The position numbers were made by a program, and so were the translations under genes. A model generated the notes under the pieces. That model was not told where the DNA came from. It did no database searches and was given only the letters and a program-made list of their open reading frames with translations. DNA of 64,000 nt from Pristiophorus japonicus (taxonomy: Eukaryota), in the NCBI RefSeq assembly GCF_044704955.1, contig NC_091992.1, forward strand, positions 126,914,001-126,978,000, read 5' to 3'. Each line of letters begins with the position of its first letter. Positions within the stretch are counted from its first letter, which is position 1. Positions 48,466-60,499 of this stretch are shown in pieces.

Positions 48466-48775
48466 CTCGAGACACAGGGGTACAGACCACCCCCCCACTT
48501 CCCCGAGACACAGGGTTCAGACCTACCCCTCACCTCGCCCCCAGGACACAGGGGTACAGACCCCCCTCCTTCCCCGAGACACAGGGGTACAGACCCCCCT
48601 CCTTCCCCGAGACACAGGGGTACAGACCCCCCTCCTTCCCCGAGACACAGGGGTACAGACCCCCCTCCTTCCCCGAGACACAGGGGTACAGACCCCCCTC
48701 CTTCCCCGAAGCACAGGGGTGCAGACCCCCCTCCTTCCCCCCTCACCCCACCCCTGGGTCACAGGGGTTCAGACC
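48466..48775. repeat. ~33-bp minisatellite (GAGACACAGGGGTACAGACCCCCCTCCTTCCCC)
   Basis: About 8-9 copies just upstream of the exon 5 acceptor. Confidence 0.9.
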
Positions 48776-48786
48776 AATGTTGCCTT

Positions 48787-49125
48787 TTAGAGGTCTGGAC
48801 AGAGTAGATAGAGAAACTGTTCTCATTGGTGAAAGGGCTGAGAACCAGAGGACGCAGAATTAAGGGGATTGGTAGAAGAACTGAAGGCAACATGAGGAAA
48901 ACCCTTTTTAGGCAGCGAGTGGTTAGGATCTGGAATGCACGGCCTGAAAGGGTGGTGGAGGCAGACTCAATTGCAGCTTTCAAAAGGGAGTTGGATAAGT
49001 ACCTGAAGGGAAAAAGTTGGCCGGGCTGCAGGGAAAGGGCGGGGGAGTGGGACTGGCCGAGGGTCGACACGGGCTCGAAGGGCCGAATGGCCTCCTCCTG
49101 TGCTGTAACCGTTGGATGATTCTAT
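48787..49125 (+). mobile_element. CR1 3' fragment
   Basis: RTRG...FRQRVVRIWN...AFKRELDKYL and tail. Confidence 0.82.
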
Positions 49126-49332
49126 GATAGGCCGCGTGGCTCTCTGAAGGTCCCACGCAGCTGGTTCACCGGCTTTTAAATGGAAAACTCGCATTTGCAT
49201 AGTGTTTCAAATGGACCATTGTTCCAGACAGGACCCCCCCCCCCCACGACACACGGGTCAGACACCCCCCTCCCCCCCCGGGGTGAGTTTAGGGTGAAGC
49301 AGCGGCCAGCCCTCCTGACCCAGTGCGGGTAC

Positions 49333-49483
49333 CTGTCCGATGGGCCCTGCAGGAATTCCCGGACCAGCAGCTTGATTTTGGTGATATTCCTCCCCACTTG
49401 CAGGATGGAATGGTTCTCCTCCGTCTGTGCGTAATCGAAGGGATAGACCGACTCCGGCCCAACGTGCTTCTTCCCGATTATTC
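49333..49483 (-). CDS. sgsh: sgsh exon 4 ([51 protein letters not shown])
   Basis: AAG acceptor, GTACCC donor; 151 nt; sulfatase GKKH motif. Confidence 0.96.
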
Positions 49484-49677
49484 CTTTAATTTAAAAAAAA
49501 TACAACTGAACAATCATAAACAAACCAGGATAAGCTTTGGAGGAATCATTGCAGGTCTGGGCCGCTGCGAACAAATAGAAGGGAATAAAAATTTGAAATA
49601 AAGGCAGGAGCGTGTTACATGCAGCACAACACATGGATTGGAGAGGGTTCCAAGGCTGCAAGAGATCAGGGATTAAA

Positions 49678-50290
49678 AACATAAGAATATAAGAATTAAG
49701 AGCAGCAGTAGGCCATTCGGCCCCTCGAGCCTGCTCCACCATTCAATATCATGGCTGATCTTCGACCTCAACTCCACTTTCCCGCCCGATCCTCATATCC
49801 CTTGATTTCCCCTGGAGTACAAATATCTCTCGATCTCAGCATTGAATATACTCAATGATTAAGTATCCTCAGCCCTCTGGGCTAGAGAATTCCGAAGATT
49901 CACAACCCTTTGAGTGAAGAAATTCCTCAACGCAGTCTTAAATGGCCGACCCCATATCCTGAGACAGTGCCCCCTAGTGCTAGGCTCTCCAGCCAGGGGA
50001 ACAACCTCTGAACATCTATCCTGTCAATCCCCCTGTTTCAATGAGATCACCTCTCATTTTTCTAAACTCGAGTATGGGCCCACTCTACTCACTCTCTCCT
50101 CATAGGAGAACCCTCTCATCCCCGGGATCAATCTAGTGAACCTCCATTGCACCGCCTCGAAGGCAAGTCTATCCTTCCTCGGATACGGAGACCAAACCTG
50201 TGCACAATACTCCAGGTGTGGTCTCACCAAGGCCCTAGATAATTGTAGCAAGACTTCCTTACTCTTATACTTCAACCCCTTGCAACAAAG
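49678..50290 (-). mobile_element. CR1 3' fragment
   Basis: RPHLEYCAQVWSP...RFTRLIPGM on minus strand; tail. Confidence 0.88.
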
Positions 50291-50372
50291 ATTGAGATGA
50301 CGCTGTGAACAGTGAGGATTTAGTTAGCGGTTCAGGGACCCAGCGGCCTGCGACAATGTCCAAAGTCCTTAC

Positions 50373-50478
50373 CTGTTCTGATCTGGGCTTGACTGAGCAG
50401 CGAGGGCAAGCTTCTGACCGCGTCGAAGGAGTTGAAATGGTGCACGGTCTGGTGCAGTCCGTACATTCCATTCTGATG
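50373..50478 (-). CDS. sgsh: sgsh exon 3 ([36 protein letters not shown])
   Basis: TTGCAG acceptor, GTAAGG donor; 106 nt. Confidence 0.97.
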
Positions 50479-51739
50479 CTGCAAGACAAGAACGTCAGTC
50501 AAATCATCGACTCCGCGCGGGAAATCCCCAACCCCTCCTTCCATTTCATTCCAAGCACCCGCACCGCTGTTCAGTGGATCGGTGAACCGTCCAATGAGGG
50601 ACCGAGCCACGCACAGAGTGCGAGGCTCTCGGGGTCAGTCCACGGACTGGGCGGCGCGGGGCTGACCGCTCCCCACTTTGCCTCAGTGCCCCACATTCAG
50701 GAGTGAAAAATGGGGCGGGTTTCCTGCTCCTAATCTCCATCGAATGTCTCCTGCTGGAAAATGTTTGTACGTATGTCTGTGATCAAAGTTGAAAATAGGA
50801 TTGGACTTGAGCAGCAATGCCCACACAGTCGAATAGCCTGCCAAAACTTTGGAGGCGGGAGGAGTGGAATTGTCAACTTTGGCTGTGACGGAAACTGGAG
50901 CAGTCGCCCGGCATACAATCCGCCTGATTTTACTTTGCCGCGGCGTTGACGGAGAGGAAGATCGGGCGGGATGTATGATGGGCGGGGTGCGTGAGGGGTG
51001 GGACGCGTGAGGGGTGGGACGCGTGAGGGGCGGTTAATCCGCTACCACTGCCAGTGTAACAGACCCTCTCGGCGCCCTAGCGGACACATGGAGAACGGTG
51101 ACTCGGGCGAGGGTCTGGAGGGTGACCAGCACCCGAGGGGCACGAAGTCCAGCACAGAGTCCGCTTCTTTGGGGGCGCTCGGAGCGGGGAGCAAATGACA
51201 GCAGGAGGTCCCAATGACCTCTCCCTGGCGTGACACGGGTCACACACTGATCGGGAGCAGGGACACAGGATGGTCTTCCCGTCCTGAGCCCAGGGACATG
51301 ACGCCTATCAACGCATCGCTGAATGACAATCACCCCACTCAGCCCGACCCTGGGATTGGACATAGGGACATTAGGAACCGAAGGAGGCCATTCAGCCCCT
51401 TGGGCCTGCTCTGCCTTTCAATCAAAACATGGCTGATTTATTTACCCGCCTCTGCTCCATATCCTTATCCAACCAAAACCTGTCACTCTCGGTCTTGGAA
51501 GCTGAACTTGACCCCCAGTATCCACAGCCTTTTGGGGGAGAGAGTTCTGAAATATTACTTCCCAATACTGCTGGCACCTTCCTGATGTATTTCCCCCCTG
51601 AGCCATTGGGAAATTGGTGACCTGATTGTGGAGAACAATTAAAAGCTCAGACCCGATTTGTCAGGGAATGGGGGTCCTTTAAACTCTGCGGTAACAGAAT
51701 GGAAGCTTAACAGGAGTTCCTTAGCATTGAGTCAGTGAA

Positions 51740-52250
51740 CGTAACTGTGGCAGGCCGGGTTACAATGGTTAATGTACCTGTGACAGTGGGGTTACACTGG
51801 TTAATGTACCTGTGGCATCCCGGGTTTACACTGGTTAATGTACCTGTGACAGTGGGGTTACACTGGTTAATGTACCTGTGGCATCCCGGGTTACACTGGT
51901 TAATGTACCTGTGGCATCCCGGGTTACAATGGTTAATGTACCTGTGACAGTGGGGTTACACTGGTTAATGTACCTGTGACAATGGGGTTACACTGGTTAA
52001 TGTACCTGTGGCATCCCGGGTTACAATGGTTAATGTACCTGTGACAGTGGGGTTACACTGGTTAATGCACCTGTGACAGTGGGGTTACACTGGTTAACCT
52101 ATCTGTGGCAGCCCGGGTTACAATGGTTAACGTACCTGTGCCAGCCCGGGTTACAATGGTTAACGTACCTGTGCCAGCCCGGGTTACAATGGTTAACCTA
52201 CCTGTGGCAGCCCGGTTTACAATGGTTAACCTACCTGTGGCAGCCCAGTT
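51740..52250 (-). repeat. 32-33-bp minisatellite derived from the sgsh exon 2 end plus its splice donor
   Basis: Minus-strand unit GGGCTGCCACAG|GTAGGTTAACCATTGTAACCC grading to CACTGTCACAG|GTACATTAACCAGTGTAACCC; ~15 copies. Confidence 0.93.
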
Positions 52251-52395
52251 AAAATGGCAGAGCGACTGGGGGAGCAGCTGCTGACAGACGAGAAGGCATT
52301 TCTGAAGATGACGCTGCGCTTTGCCAGTTGGTTGAGGTTGGGGGTCCTGATCGCCGAGTTATTGTACACCTCCATCTCAAAGCCGGCATCATCCG
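52235..52395 (-). CDS. sgsh: sgsh exon 2 ([54 protein letters not shown])
   Basis: CAG acceptor, GTAGGT donor; 161 nt; CSPSR formylglycine motif and DD metal ligands. Confidence 0.97.
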
Positions 52396-52596
52396 CTGTC
52401 ACAGGAAGCACAGGGCGGATTATCCACCTGGTCATTGTCAAGGAGTCTCGCAATTCCCAATACGGGCACCAATCACATGCCCGCAACAATAGTTAGTTGC
52501 ATTTATAATATAGCGCCTTTAATATAGCGGCACGTCCCAAGACGCTTCACAGGAGCGATTATCAGACAACATTTCATCTGAGAGTAACAGGGGGTT

Positions 52597-53410
52597 GGGA
52601 GTGAGTTATACTGGGGATGGACAGACTGGGAGTGAGTTATACTGGGTGGGAGTGAGTTATACTGGGGGGGAGGGAGAACTGAGAGTGAGTTTTACTGGGG
52701 GAGGGACTGGGAGTGAGTTATAAGGAGGCGGGGGGGGGGAAAGAGACTGGAAGTGAGTTATACTGGGGGAGGGGGTCTGGGAGTGAGTTATACTGGGGGG
52801 GGTCTGGGAGTGAGTTATACTGGGGGAGGGGGCCTGGGAGTGAGTTATACTGGGGGGGGGGTCTGGGAGTGAGTTATACTGGGGGGGGGTCTGGGAGTGA
52901 GTTATACTGGGGGGGGGGTCTGGGAGTGAGTTATACTGGGGGAGGGGGCCTGGGAGTGAGTTATACTGGGGGAGGGGGCCTGGGAGTGAGTTATACTGGG
53001 GGGGGAACTGGGAGTGAGTTATACTGGGGGAGGGGGGGATTGGGATTGAGTTATACTGGGGGGGTCTCTGGGAGTGAGTTATTCTGGGGGGCATCTGGGA
53101 GTGAGTTATACTGGGGGGGGGGGGGTGTCTGGGAGTGAGTTATACCGGGGGAGGGACTGGGAGTGAGTTATACCGGGGGAGGGACTGGGAGTGAGTTATA
53201 CTGGGGGGGGGGGGGGTGTCTGGGAGTGAGTTATACCGGGGAGGACTGGGAGTGAGTTATACTGGGGGGAGAGGGAGGACTGGGAGTGAGTTATACTGGG
53301 GGGGGGGGGGGGGGTGGTCTGGGAGTGAGTTATACTGGGGGGGGGGGGGTCTGGGAGTGAGTTATACTGGGGGGGGGGTGGTGGTCTGGGAGTGAGTTAT
53401 ACTGGGGTGG
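52597..53410. repeat. G-rich minisatellite (CTGGGAGTGAGTTATACTGGGGGGG..., ~27-33 bp)
   Basis: Tandem repeats seen directly in sgsh intron 1. Confidence 0.95.
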
Positions 53411-53419
53411 GGCACTGGG

Positions 53420-53725
53420 AAGCGGGTGAGACCAGAACTAGGGACCATCAATATAAAGCAGTCACTAATAAATCCAATCAGGAATTCAGAAGAAACTTCT
53501 TCACCCAGAGAGTGGTGAGAATGTGGAACTCGCTGCCACAGGGAGGGGTTGAGGTGAATAGTATCGATGCATTTAAGGGGAAGGGAGATAAACACATGAG
53601 GGAGAAGAGAATAGAGGGCTGTGCTGATGGAGTGGGGTGAAGAAGGGGGCAGGAGGCTGGTGTGGAGCATAAACCCCAGCATGGACCTGTTGGGCCCAAT
53701 GGCCTGTGTCTGTGCTGTAAATATT
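53420..53725 (+). mobile_element. CR1 3' fragment
   Basis: RRNFFTQRVVRMWNSLP and tail. Confidence 0.82.
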
Positions 53726-53794
53726 ATGTCATCATGAGAGAAACGCAAAGGGGAGAGAATTGAAAGAAGGAAATTGCTGATCTTCTCCACTCAC

Positions 53795-53897
53795 CGATGA
53801 TGAGAAGCACGTTCCTCCTCTTCTGCTGACCCCATGAGCTGCCCAGCCCCGAAAGCAGCAAGACCCAGAAGGTGCCAGTGACACGCGACGGTGACAT
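53795..53897 (-). CDS. sgsh: sgsh exon 1 (MSPSRVTGTFWVLLLSGLGSSWGQQKRRNVLLII-A), signal peptide
   Basis: ATG at 53897, GTGAGT donor; 103 nt; RNVLLII-ADD sulfatase start. The eight exons sum to 1539 nt = 512 aa + stop. Confidence 0.93.
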
Positions 53898-54094
53898 TCC
53901 CTGTGGCCACAGAGTATCCTTAAACTGGATTAGAACGCTGGCTCGGCTCCACTCTCTGGTACAAATAAATCACTGATCTGCACTAAGCAGCCGTGACCGA
54001 CCGCTGATCTGCAAACCCAGTGAAGCCGAATTGAATAAATTAAATTCAATGGAATTAAATTAAAGGGGCTCCCAGCCAAGTCTGCCTCCCTCCT

Positions 54095-54160
54095 TCCAAT
54101 TTCCCGGAAGTGAAACGATACATTTTGTGATCACATGAGAAACGGTCATGTGACCAATCC
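54095..54160. promoter_or_regulatory. Candidate bidirectional sgsh/slc26a11 promoter: ETS site, two CLEAR/M-box-like E-boxes, CCAAT
   Basis: CCGGAAGT 54104-11; TCACATGA 54131-38; GTCATGTGAC 54145-54; CCAAT 54154-58 (another near 54096). Confidence 0.7.
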
Positions 54161-54991
54161 CCACACACAGCCAGAGCCTCACATACCGACCGGCTCCATG
54201 TACCAGTGATGCAGCAAGTGAGTGGTAATACAATTAAAGTTACTGGGATTTATTATTATATAGTAAAGTTACTGGCAATGCCTGAGTTTTATGTGCAATT
54301 ATTTGGGTTGTGATTTTAGCAGCGAGTCTGCATTGAGCTCTGAGCTGGTGATTGATCGAGAGTTTGTGGAAAAGTATCTCTCTCCCTCCAAAGTCTTAAA
54401 GAAAACACCTTCAGCGAGCCAAGTATTCCATTTAACAGACGCCTTATTTTTGCGAAATTTACTTTGTCATAGAAACTGTGCATTTAACCAGGCGCGTCTC
54501 GCTTATTTTGGTTTAAAATTGTTGATGTGATTGGCGCAGCTCTTGTTTTGTGTGGGTTTGTGATCTGTCTCTCTGATTCTCAATCGTATCTCGGCAATTT
54601 CCTCTTGTATCAGCGAGTTTGTGGTCCCTTGGATCCGCTGTAGACCGTGTATTGCTGTAACACGGCCGCAAGAGCAAGGCTGCATCCTGTCTGGAGGACG
54701 GTGTCGCCAGCTTCCCCTCATCCCGCTCACACTGAGGCTTTACTGGGACTTGACTCATGGAACAGGACAGCACGGAAAGAGGCCGTTCGGCCGATCGAGT
54801 CTGTGCTGGCTGTTTCCAAGAGCAATCAACAACAACAACTGGTTCTTAGGCAGGGAGTTCCGGAGTTTGGAGCCCAGGCAACAGAAGGCACGGCCACCAA
54901 TAGTTGAGCGATTATAATCAGGGATGCTCCAGGAGGGCAGAATTAGAGGAGTGCAGACATCCTGCAGGGGAGGGGATGGGTCTGGAGATTA

Positions 54992-56005
54992 GAGATAGGG
55001 AGGGGCGAGGCCATGGAGGTAGAGAGGGGTGAGGCCATGGAGGGACAGAGATAGGGAGGGGTGAGGCCATGGAGGGACAGAGATAGGGAGGGGTGTGGCC
55101 ATGGAGGGACAGAGATAGGGAGGGGTGTGGCCATGGAGGGACAGAGATAGGGAGGGGTGTGGCCATGGAGGGACAGAGATAGGGAGGGGTGAGGCCATGG
55201 AGGGACAGAGATAGGGAGGGTGTGGCCATGGAGGGACAGAGATAGGGAGGGGTGTGGCCATGGAGGGACAGAGATAGGGAGGGGTGAGGCCATGGAGGGA
55301 CAGAGATAGGGAGGGGTGTGGCCATGGAGGGACAGAGATAGGGAGGGGTGAGGCCATGGAGGGACAGAGATAGGGAGGGGTGAGGCCATGGAGGGACAGA
55401 GATAGGAAGGGGTGAGGCCATGGAGGGACAGAGATAGGGAGGGGTGAGGCCATGGAGGGACAGAGATAGGGAGGGGTGAGGCCATGGAGGGACAGATAGG
55501 GAGGGGTGAGGCCATGGAGGGACAGAGATAGGGAGGGGTGAGGCCATGGAGGGACAGAGATAGGGAGGGGTGAGGCCATGGAGGGACAGAGATGGGGAGG
55601 GGTGAGGCCATGGAGGGACAGAGATGGGGAGGGGTGAGGCCATGGAGGGACAGAGATAGNNNNNNNNNNNNNNNNNNNNNNNNNNNNNNNNNNNNNNNNN
55701 NNNNNNNNNNNNNNNNNNNNNNNNNNNNNNNNNNNNNNNNNNNNNNNNNNNNNNNNNNNNNNNNNNNNNNNNNNNNNNNNNNNNNNNNNNNNNNNNNNNN
55801 NNNNNNNNNNNNNNNNNNNNNNNNNNNNNNNNNNNNNNNNNNNNNNNNNNNNNNNNNNNNNNNNNNNNNNNNNNNNNNNNNNNNNNNNNNNNNNNNNNNN
55901 NNNNNNNNNNNNNNNNNNNNNNNNNNNNNNNNNNNNNNNNNNNNNNNNNNNNNNNNNNNNNNNNNNNGGGTAGAGATGGGGAGGGGTGAGGCCATGGAGG
56001 GGTGA
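54992..56005. repeat. 32-bp minisatellite (GAGATAGGGAGGGGTGAGGCCATGGAGGGACA) amplified from L2 sequence
   Basis: Unit matches the single-copy L2 segment at ~10815 and ~34543; runs into the gap on both sides. Confidence 0.93.
55660..55967. other. Assembly gap (308 N)
   Basis: Run of n. Confidence 1.
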
Positions 56006-57667
56006 GACTTTATGGATGATGTCACCAAGGGGCAGCATGTCGATGAGAAATAGGAGGGGAACCATGGATAGATCCTTGAGGGAGACTCGAGGCAAGTGAA
56101 GCTGTTGCAGGTAATTCTCTGGCTAAGATTAGATAGCTAGGAATGGAACCAGGCGTGTGCAGTCCCACCCGGCTGGACGGTGGTACAGAGGTGTTGGAGA
56201 ACCATGTCAAAGGCTGCAGACATGCCATGAAGGACGAGGAGGGATCGTTTACCTTTGTCACAAAGGATGTCGTTTGTGACTTTGATGAAAGCCGTTTTGG
56301 TACTGTGACAGGCGCGGAAATCTGATTGGAGGGATTCAAAAATGGAGTTCCGGGAAACGTGGGGACAGTAATTGGGTGAACGATGAGGATTTTAAGTGAG
56401 AGCGGTGGAATAGGGTGAGATGCTCAAAGGAGGAGAAAGTGCCGGAGGAGTAGGGAGACAGACCAAAGGTGTGATTTGGTGATGGGAGTCACACGGCCAA
56501 CCGTGGCGTCTGGGCAGGGCAAGTGGTGGAAGGTATAGCCGGGTGGGGAGGCTTCATTTCAAGGTAAGGTATCATCGCTCCTCAACCAGCTTTCGGTCAG
56601 GGCCGTAATGTCGATGCAATCATCCACGACACGCTCATGGATGCCTTGTTCGCAAGTGAACGGACATTCTGGAGGGGGATGTGGAGAAAGTCGGTGATGG
56701 TTGCCCCACTGCCTGCATCCACAGGGTCAGCACTGGGAGGGGTGAGTTGGATGGGGAGGAGATTGGGAAGATTAGCTTTCAGCGGGCGAGCTGGGCAGGA
56801 AGGTCGGCGAGAGAGAGTAGGATGGGACAGTTGGGGTTGCTGCTCGTAAGGAGGTAGTGACGCGTGTCTCGATGGGCCCTCTGGAGGATGCCCAGAGAGG
56901 CAGAGAAGGGAAGCTGTCGGCTTATCTAAGAGGGACGGCGGCAGGAGAGTCGGAAGGTCGAAGAGCACTGAAGGTTGGGGCAGGGACTCTGGATGGCAGA
57001 ATATCAGAGAGAGGGGAGATGAAAGGAGGCATGATGTCAGGAGAGAGGAGTCTAGGAAGGTGAAGAGAAAAGTAGTAAAAAAAAAGGGGGAGAAAAAAGT
57101 GGAAATAGAGGTGAAGGGCTTGGGTCCGGAGCAGCAGCCAAAATGCGCTGCGAATGTACACTGAAAACTCAGGTTACATAGGTCTGGTTACGTAGCAAAT
57201 TATTAAGATATATATTATATATATATATATATATATACTGGGATAGAGGAACAATAGCAGGAAGTTCAGAGTCTGAGGTCCCGCGATGGGATAAAGTTAA
57301 TGTAAATCGGGTAGAGTCGGCATGGAGCCTCGACGAACTGTTGTCCAGGTTCAGAGACAGGCGAGTGAAGGCCAGAAGCTATGGGAGGGGTGGGGGAATG
57401 GGAGGGTTGGGGGTAGGGTATTCCTGTGGGAATGAAGATCCAGGAGATGTGCAGAGTCGGTTCCGGACCGGATAGATGAATGTGAAGTTGGAGGTCACCA
57501 CAAGATCCAGAAGCAGCAGATAAATATACTCCGGCCCAGGAGAGTAAAACACCATCCTGGAAAGAGACTGCAACGGAAGCTGAAGAACCAGTCGGGTCAG
57601 TCACCGGCTCAGCAGGGAGCAGCGGCGGTGGGGGAAGGGCTGAACGCTGATCAAAGTTACTTCCAGT

Positions 57668-58445
57668 TATCATCATCATAGGCAGTCCCTCGAAATTGTG
57701 GAAGACTTGCTTCCACTCTAAAAGTGAGTTCTCAGGTGACCGTACAGTCCAATATGGGAATTACCGTCTCTGTCACAGGTGGGACAGACAGTGGTTGAAG
57801 GCAAGGGTGAGTGGGACTGGTTTGCCGCAAGCTCCTTCTGCTGCCTGCACTTGTTTTCTGCATGCTCTCGGCGATGAGACTCGAGGTGCTCAGCGCCCTC
57901 CCGGATGCACTTCCTCCACTTAGGGCGGTCTTTGGCCAGGGATTCCCAGGTGTCGGTGGGGATGTTGCACTTTATCAAGGAGGCTTTGAGGGTGTCCTTG
58001 AAACATTTCCTCTGCTCACCTGGGGCTCGCTTGCCGTGTAGGAGTTCCGAGTAGAGCGCTTGCTTTGGGAGTCTTGTGTCAGGCATGTGAACAATGTGGC
58101 CCGCCCAGCGGAGCTGGTCGAGTGTGGTCAGTGCTTCGATGCCGGGGATGTTGGGCTGATCGAAAACACTGACGTTGGTGCATCTGTCCTCCCAGGGGGT
58201 TTGCAGGATCTTGCAGAGACATCGTTGGTGGTATTTCTCCAGCGACTTGAGGTGTCTACTGTATATGGTCCATGTCTCTGAGCCATTCAGGAGGGCGGGT
58301 ATTATTGCAGCCCTGTAGACTGAGCTTGGTGGCAGATTTGAGAGTCTGATCTTCGAACACTCTTCCTCCGGAGGCCGAAGGCTGCATTGGTGCACTGGAG
58401 CTGGTGTTGGATCTCGTTGTCTATGTCTGCCCTTGTTGATAATGG
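57668..58445 (-). mobile_element. RTE-clade LINE 3' fragment
   Basis: 225-aa ORF VYRAAIIPALLNGSETW...QLRWAGHIVHMPDTRLPK...CPTCDRD; (GAT)n tail. Confidence 0.9.
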
Positions 58446-60499
58446 CGGATGGGATGGCAGCTCCCTAGGGAACACCTCCTGAACAAATCTCCCTCTGGCC
58501 ATCTGCTGCCAACTTCACTCTTCTCTTCCTCCAACCTCCCCTCCCCGCTGTTTAAGCCGAATGGTGGGTGCATTTTTTTTCTACCCTTAATTATTTCCCT
58601 TACCCCTAAATCCCGTGCTGCAAGGGCAACTACCTGAGCCCACTGCCCATCCTCCACGCTCCCCATTGGGCGTGGCCAACTCTGCTGCTCCACCCTATCC
58701 CCAATGGCGCCTGGTGAGCCTCCGACCGCAGGTTCGGGCCTACCTCATGCGCGAGCCTTCTCTCTGAGTCTCCACCCAGCGGCAACTGGGCATCCTCCCC
58801 TCCTTCCAGGTATGAGCAGCAGATGAGCGACACGGCAGCCGAGGCTTGCAGTGCAGCCCAGTGCAACAGCACATCTTGATGTCCAGAGAAGTCCAGGAAT
58901 TTGGAGGCAAATTGGAGAAGAGATTCGGGAGCTCAGTGAGAAAAGCAGAGAGCAGGCAAGGTCGGGGGATGAGCAGTGGGAGGTTTAAACTAGCAGTTAG
59001 CTTGTAGTTGGGGCTAAATCGCACCCACTATTAGAGGCAGGGGAACTTGTGCAGTGGAAGAGAGGAGATTGGGAGAGAAGGGGCAGCGGGTGGCCAAGGA
59101 TAGAGCTACACAGTGGGGAGTTTCCAGCCCAGGAGCCATTGTAAGATTAGGATCACAGGTCACACACACACACACCCAAAGGGTCTTGGAAGTTGCAAGG
59201 CATTTTATTAAAGCAGCGGAAGTTCAAATATATTCAACACAGGTGTTCTCCCGCAGCTCAGGGCCTCCGCAGGTTGGGCAATAAAAGAGTGGGAGTGTAC
59301 TACTACCACTTCCGCTGGGCATGGAATTTGCTACAGATGATATTAGCAGCTACATATTTCATCAGCTCATATCACATTCTTAAACCTGCTATTTAACACT
59401 GCTGTTAATTCTTTTGATTGGGTTTATGCTTGCTTTAGAAATGCAGACCGAACAATGTCCGAATAGGTCAAAAAGTATTCGCCTGATTGTACTGTCACCA
59501 ATGATGTGAGATAATGCAGTGTTCCTTTTGAGTTGTGTGCCCGCAGACATGCTTACCAGGCACGTTTCTAAACCCACCGGTGATGGTAAGAGGCCCTCTT
59601 CAAATTAAGCCACAATACTGTAGATTTCCATTCAAATCACCAGAACAACACTTGTGTGTATATATCTCAAGACATGGCTTGAACAGATTAGATGTCAGGG
59701 CAACACAGATACCGACTGACAGACTGGCAAAATGGGTGAGGTATGGAGGGACCATAAAAATAAAACATAGAAAAGGGGAAAACAGAGATCAGGGGGAGAC
59801 TGGTCACCATTCTGCAGCCAATAAATTTTCTCTGCCCAGAGGAACACGTGGAGATGTTGCATGTTGCAACAAACTATTTGTGTGAGAATGAAGCACAGGA
59901 AAGGGCTGAGAATGTTCAGTGGTTGGAATGTTTACGTACATTTAAATTGGTGTTTGCATGATGTCTCTCCATTAACACCAGGCTAACTTCCTGAAGTTCA
60001 AAGTGACATCGGGCTAAAAGCAGATGCCAGCAACTTGGGTGAACCCTTTAGCATTTTACGCTATTTTCACGTGAAAGTAAAAGCCAGAGAAATTCTTCGC
60101 AGGTGGGAGGGGCAGGAAGCGGGCACATTAAGGCCGGCTGGCTTTCGCTGCTCCCGAACGTATAGAAGATGGCACTCTTTGGGAAATGTAGGAATCATTA
60201 GTTTCAACACACAACATTCTCTGAAATTACATTTAATGTTTTACAAAACCATCCAATCTGAGGAGTCGTTTTGATCTCAAGTTATTTCTTACAATTCACG
60301 GTTTCTCACACATCTTGGATTTACTCTAGCAAGTACACCCCCCCCCACCCCCCAACCGCTCATTCCCCATCTCCCTGCTATCTCGATCTTGAATATACTC
60401 AACGACTCCGTATCCACAGCTCTCGGGGGCAGAGAATTCCATAGATTCACAAACCTCTGAGTGAAGAAATTCCGAAATGGCTAACCCTTTATCCTGAGA

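Larger units (their letters stand above)
54840..57160 (-). mobile_element. Degraded L2-like LINE pieces containing a minisatellite and an assembly gap
   Basis: Reverse-strand L2 3' region at 54840-55010, RT remnants (PQGS..GSP) near 56050-56340, APE start LQNVRSLANK near 56650. Confidence 0.65.

Noticed and set aside
54503-54773. Short minus-strand ORFs with a coiled-coil-like stretch (SLIQEEIAEIRLRIRE)
   Set aside because: No recognisable homology or convincing splice signals.
54918-56095. 241-368 aa ORFs
   Set aside because: Translations of a 32-bp minisatellite and an N gap.
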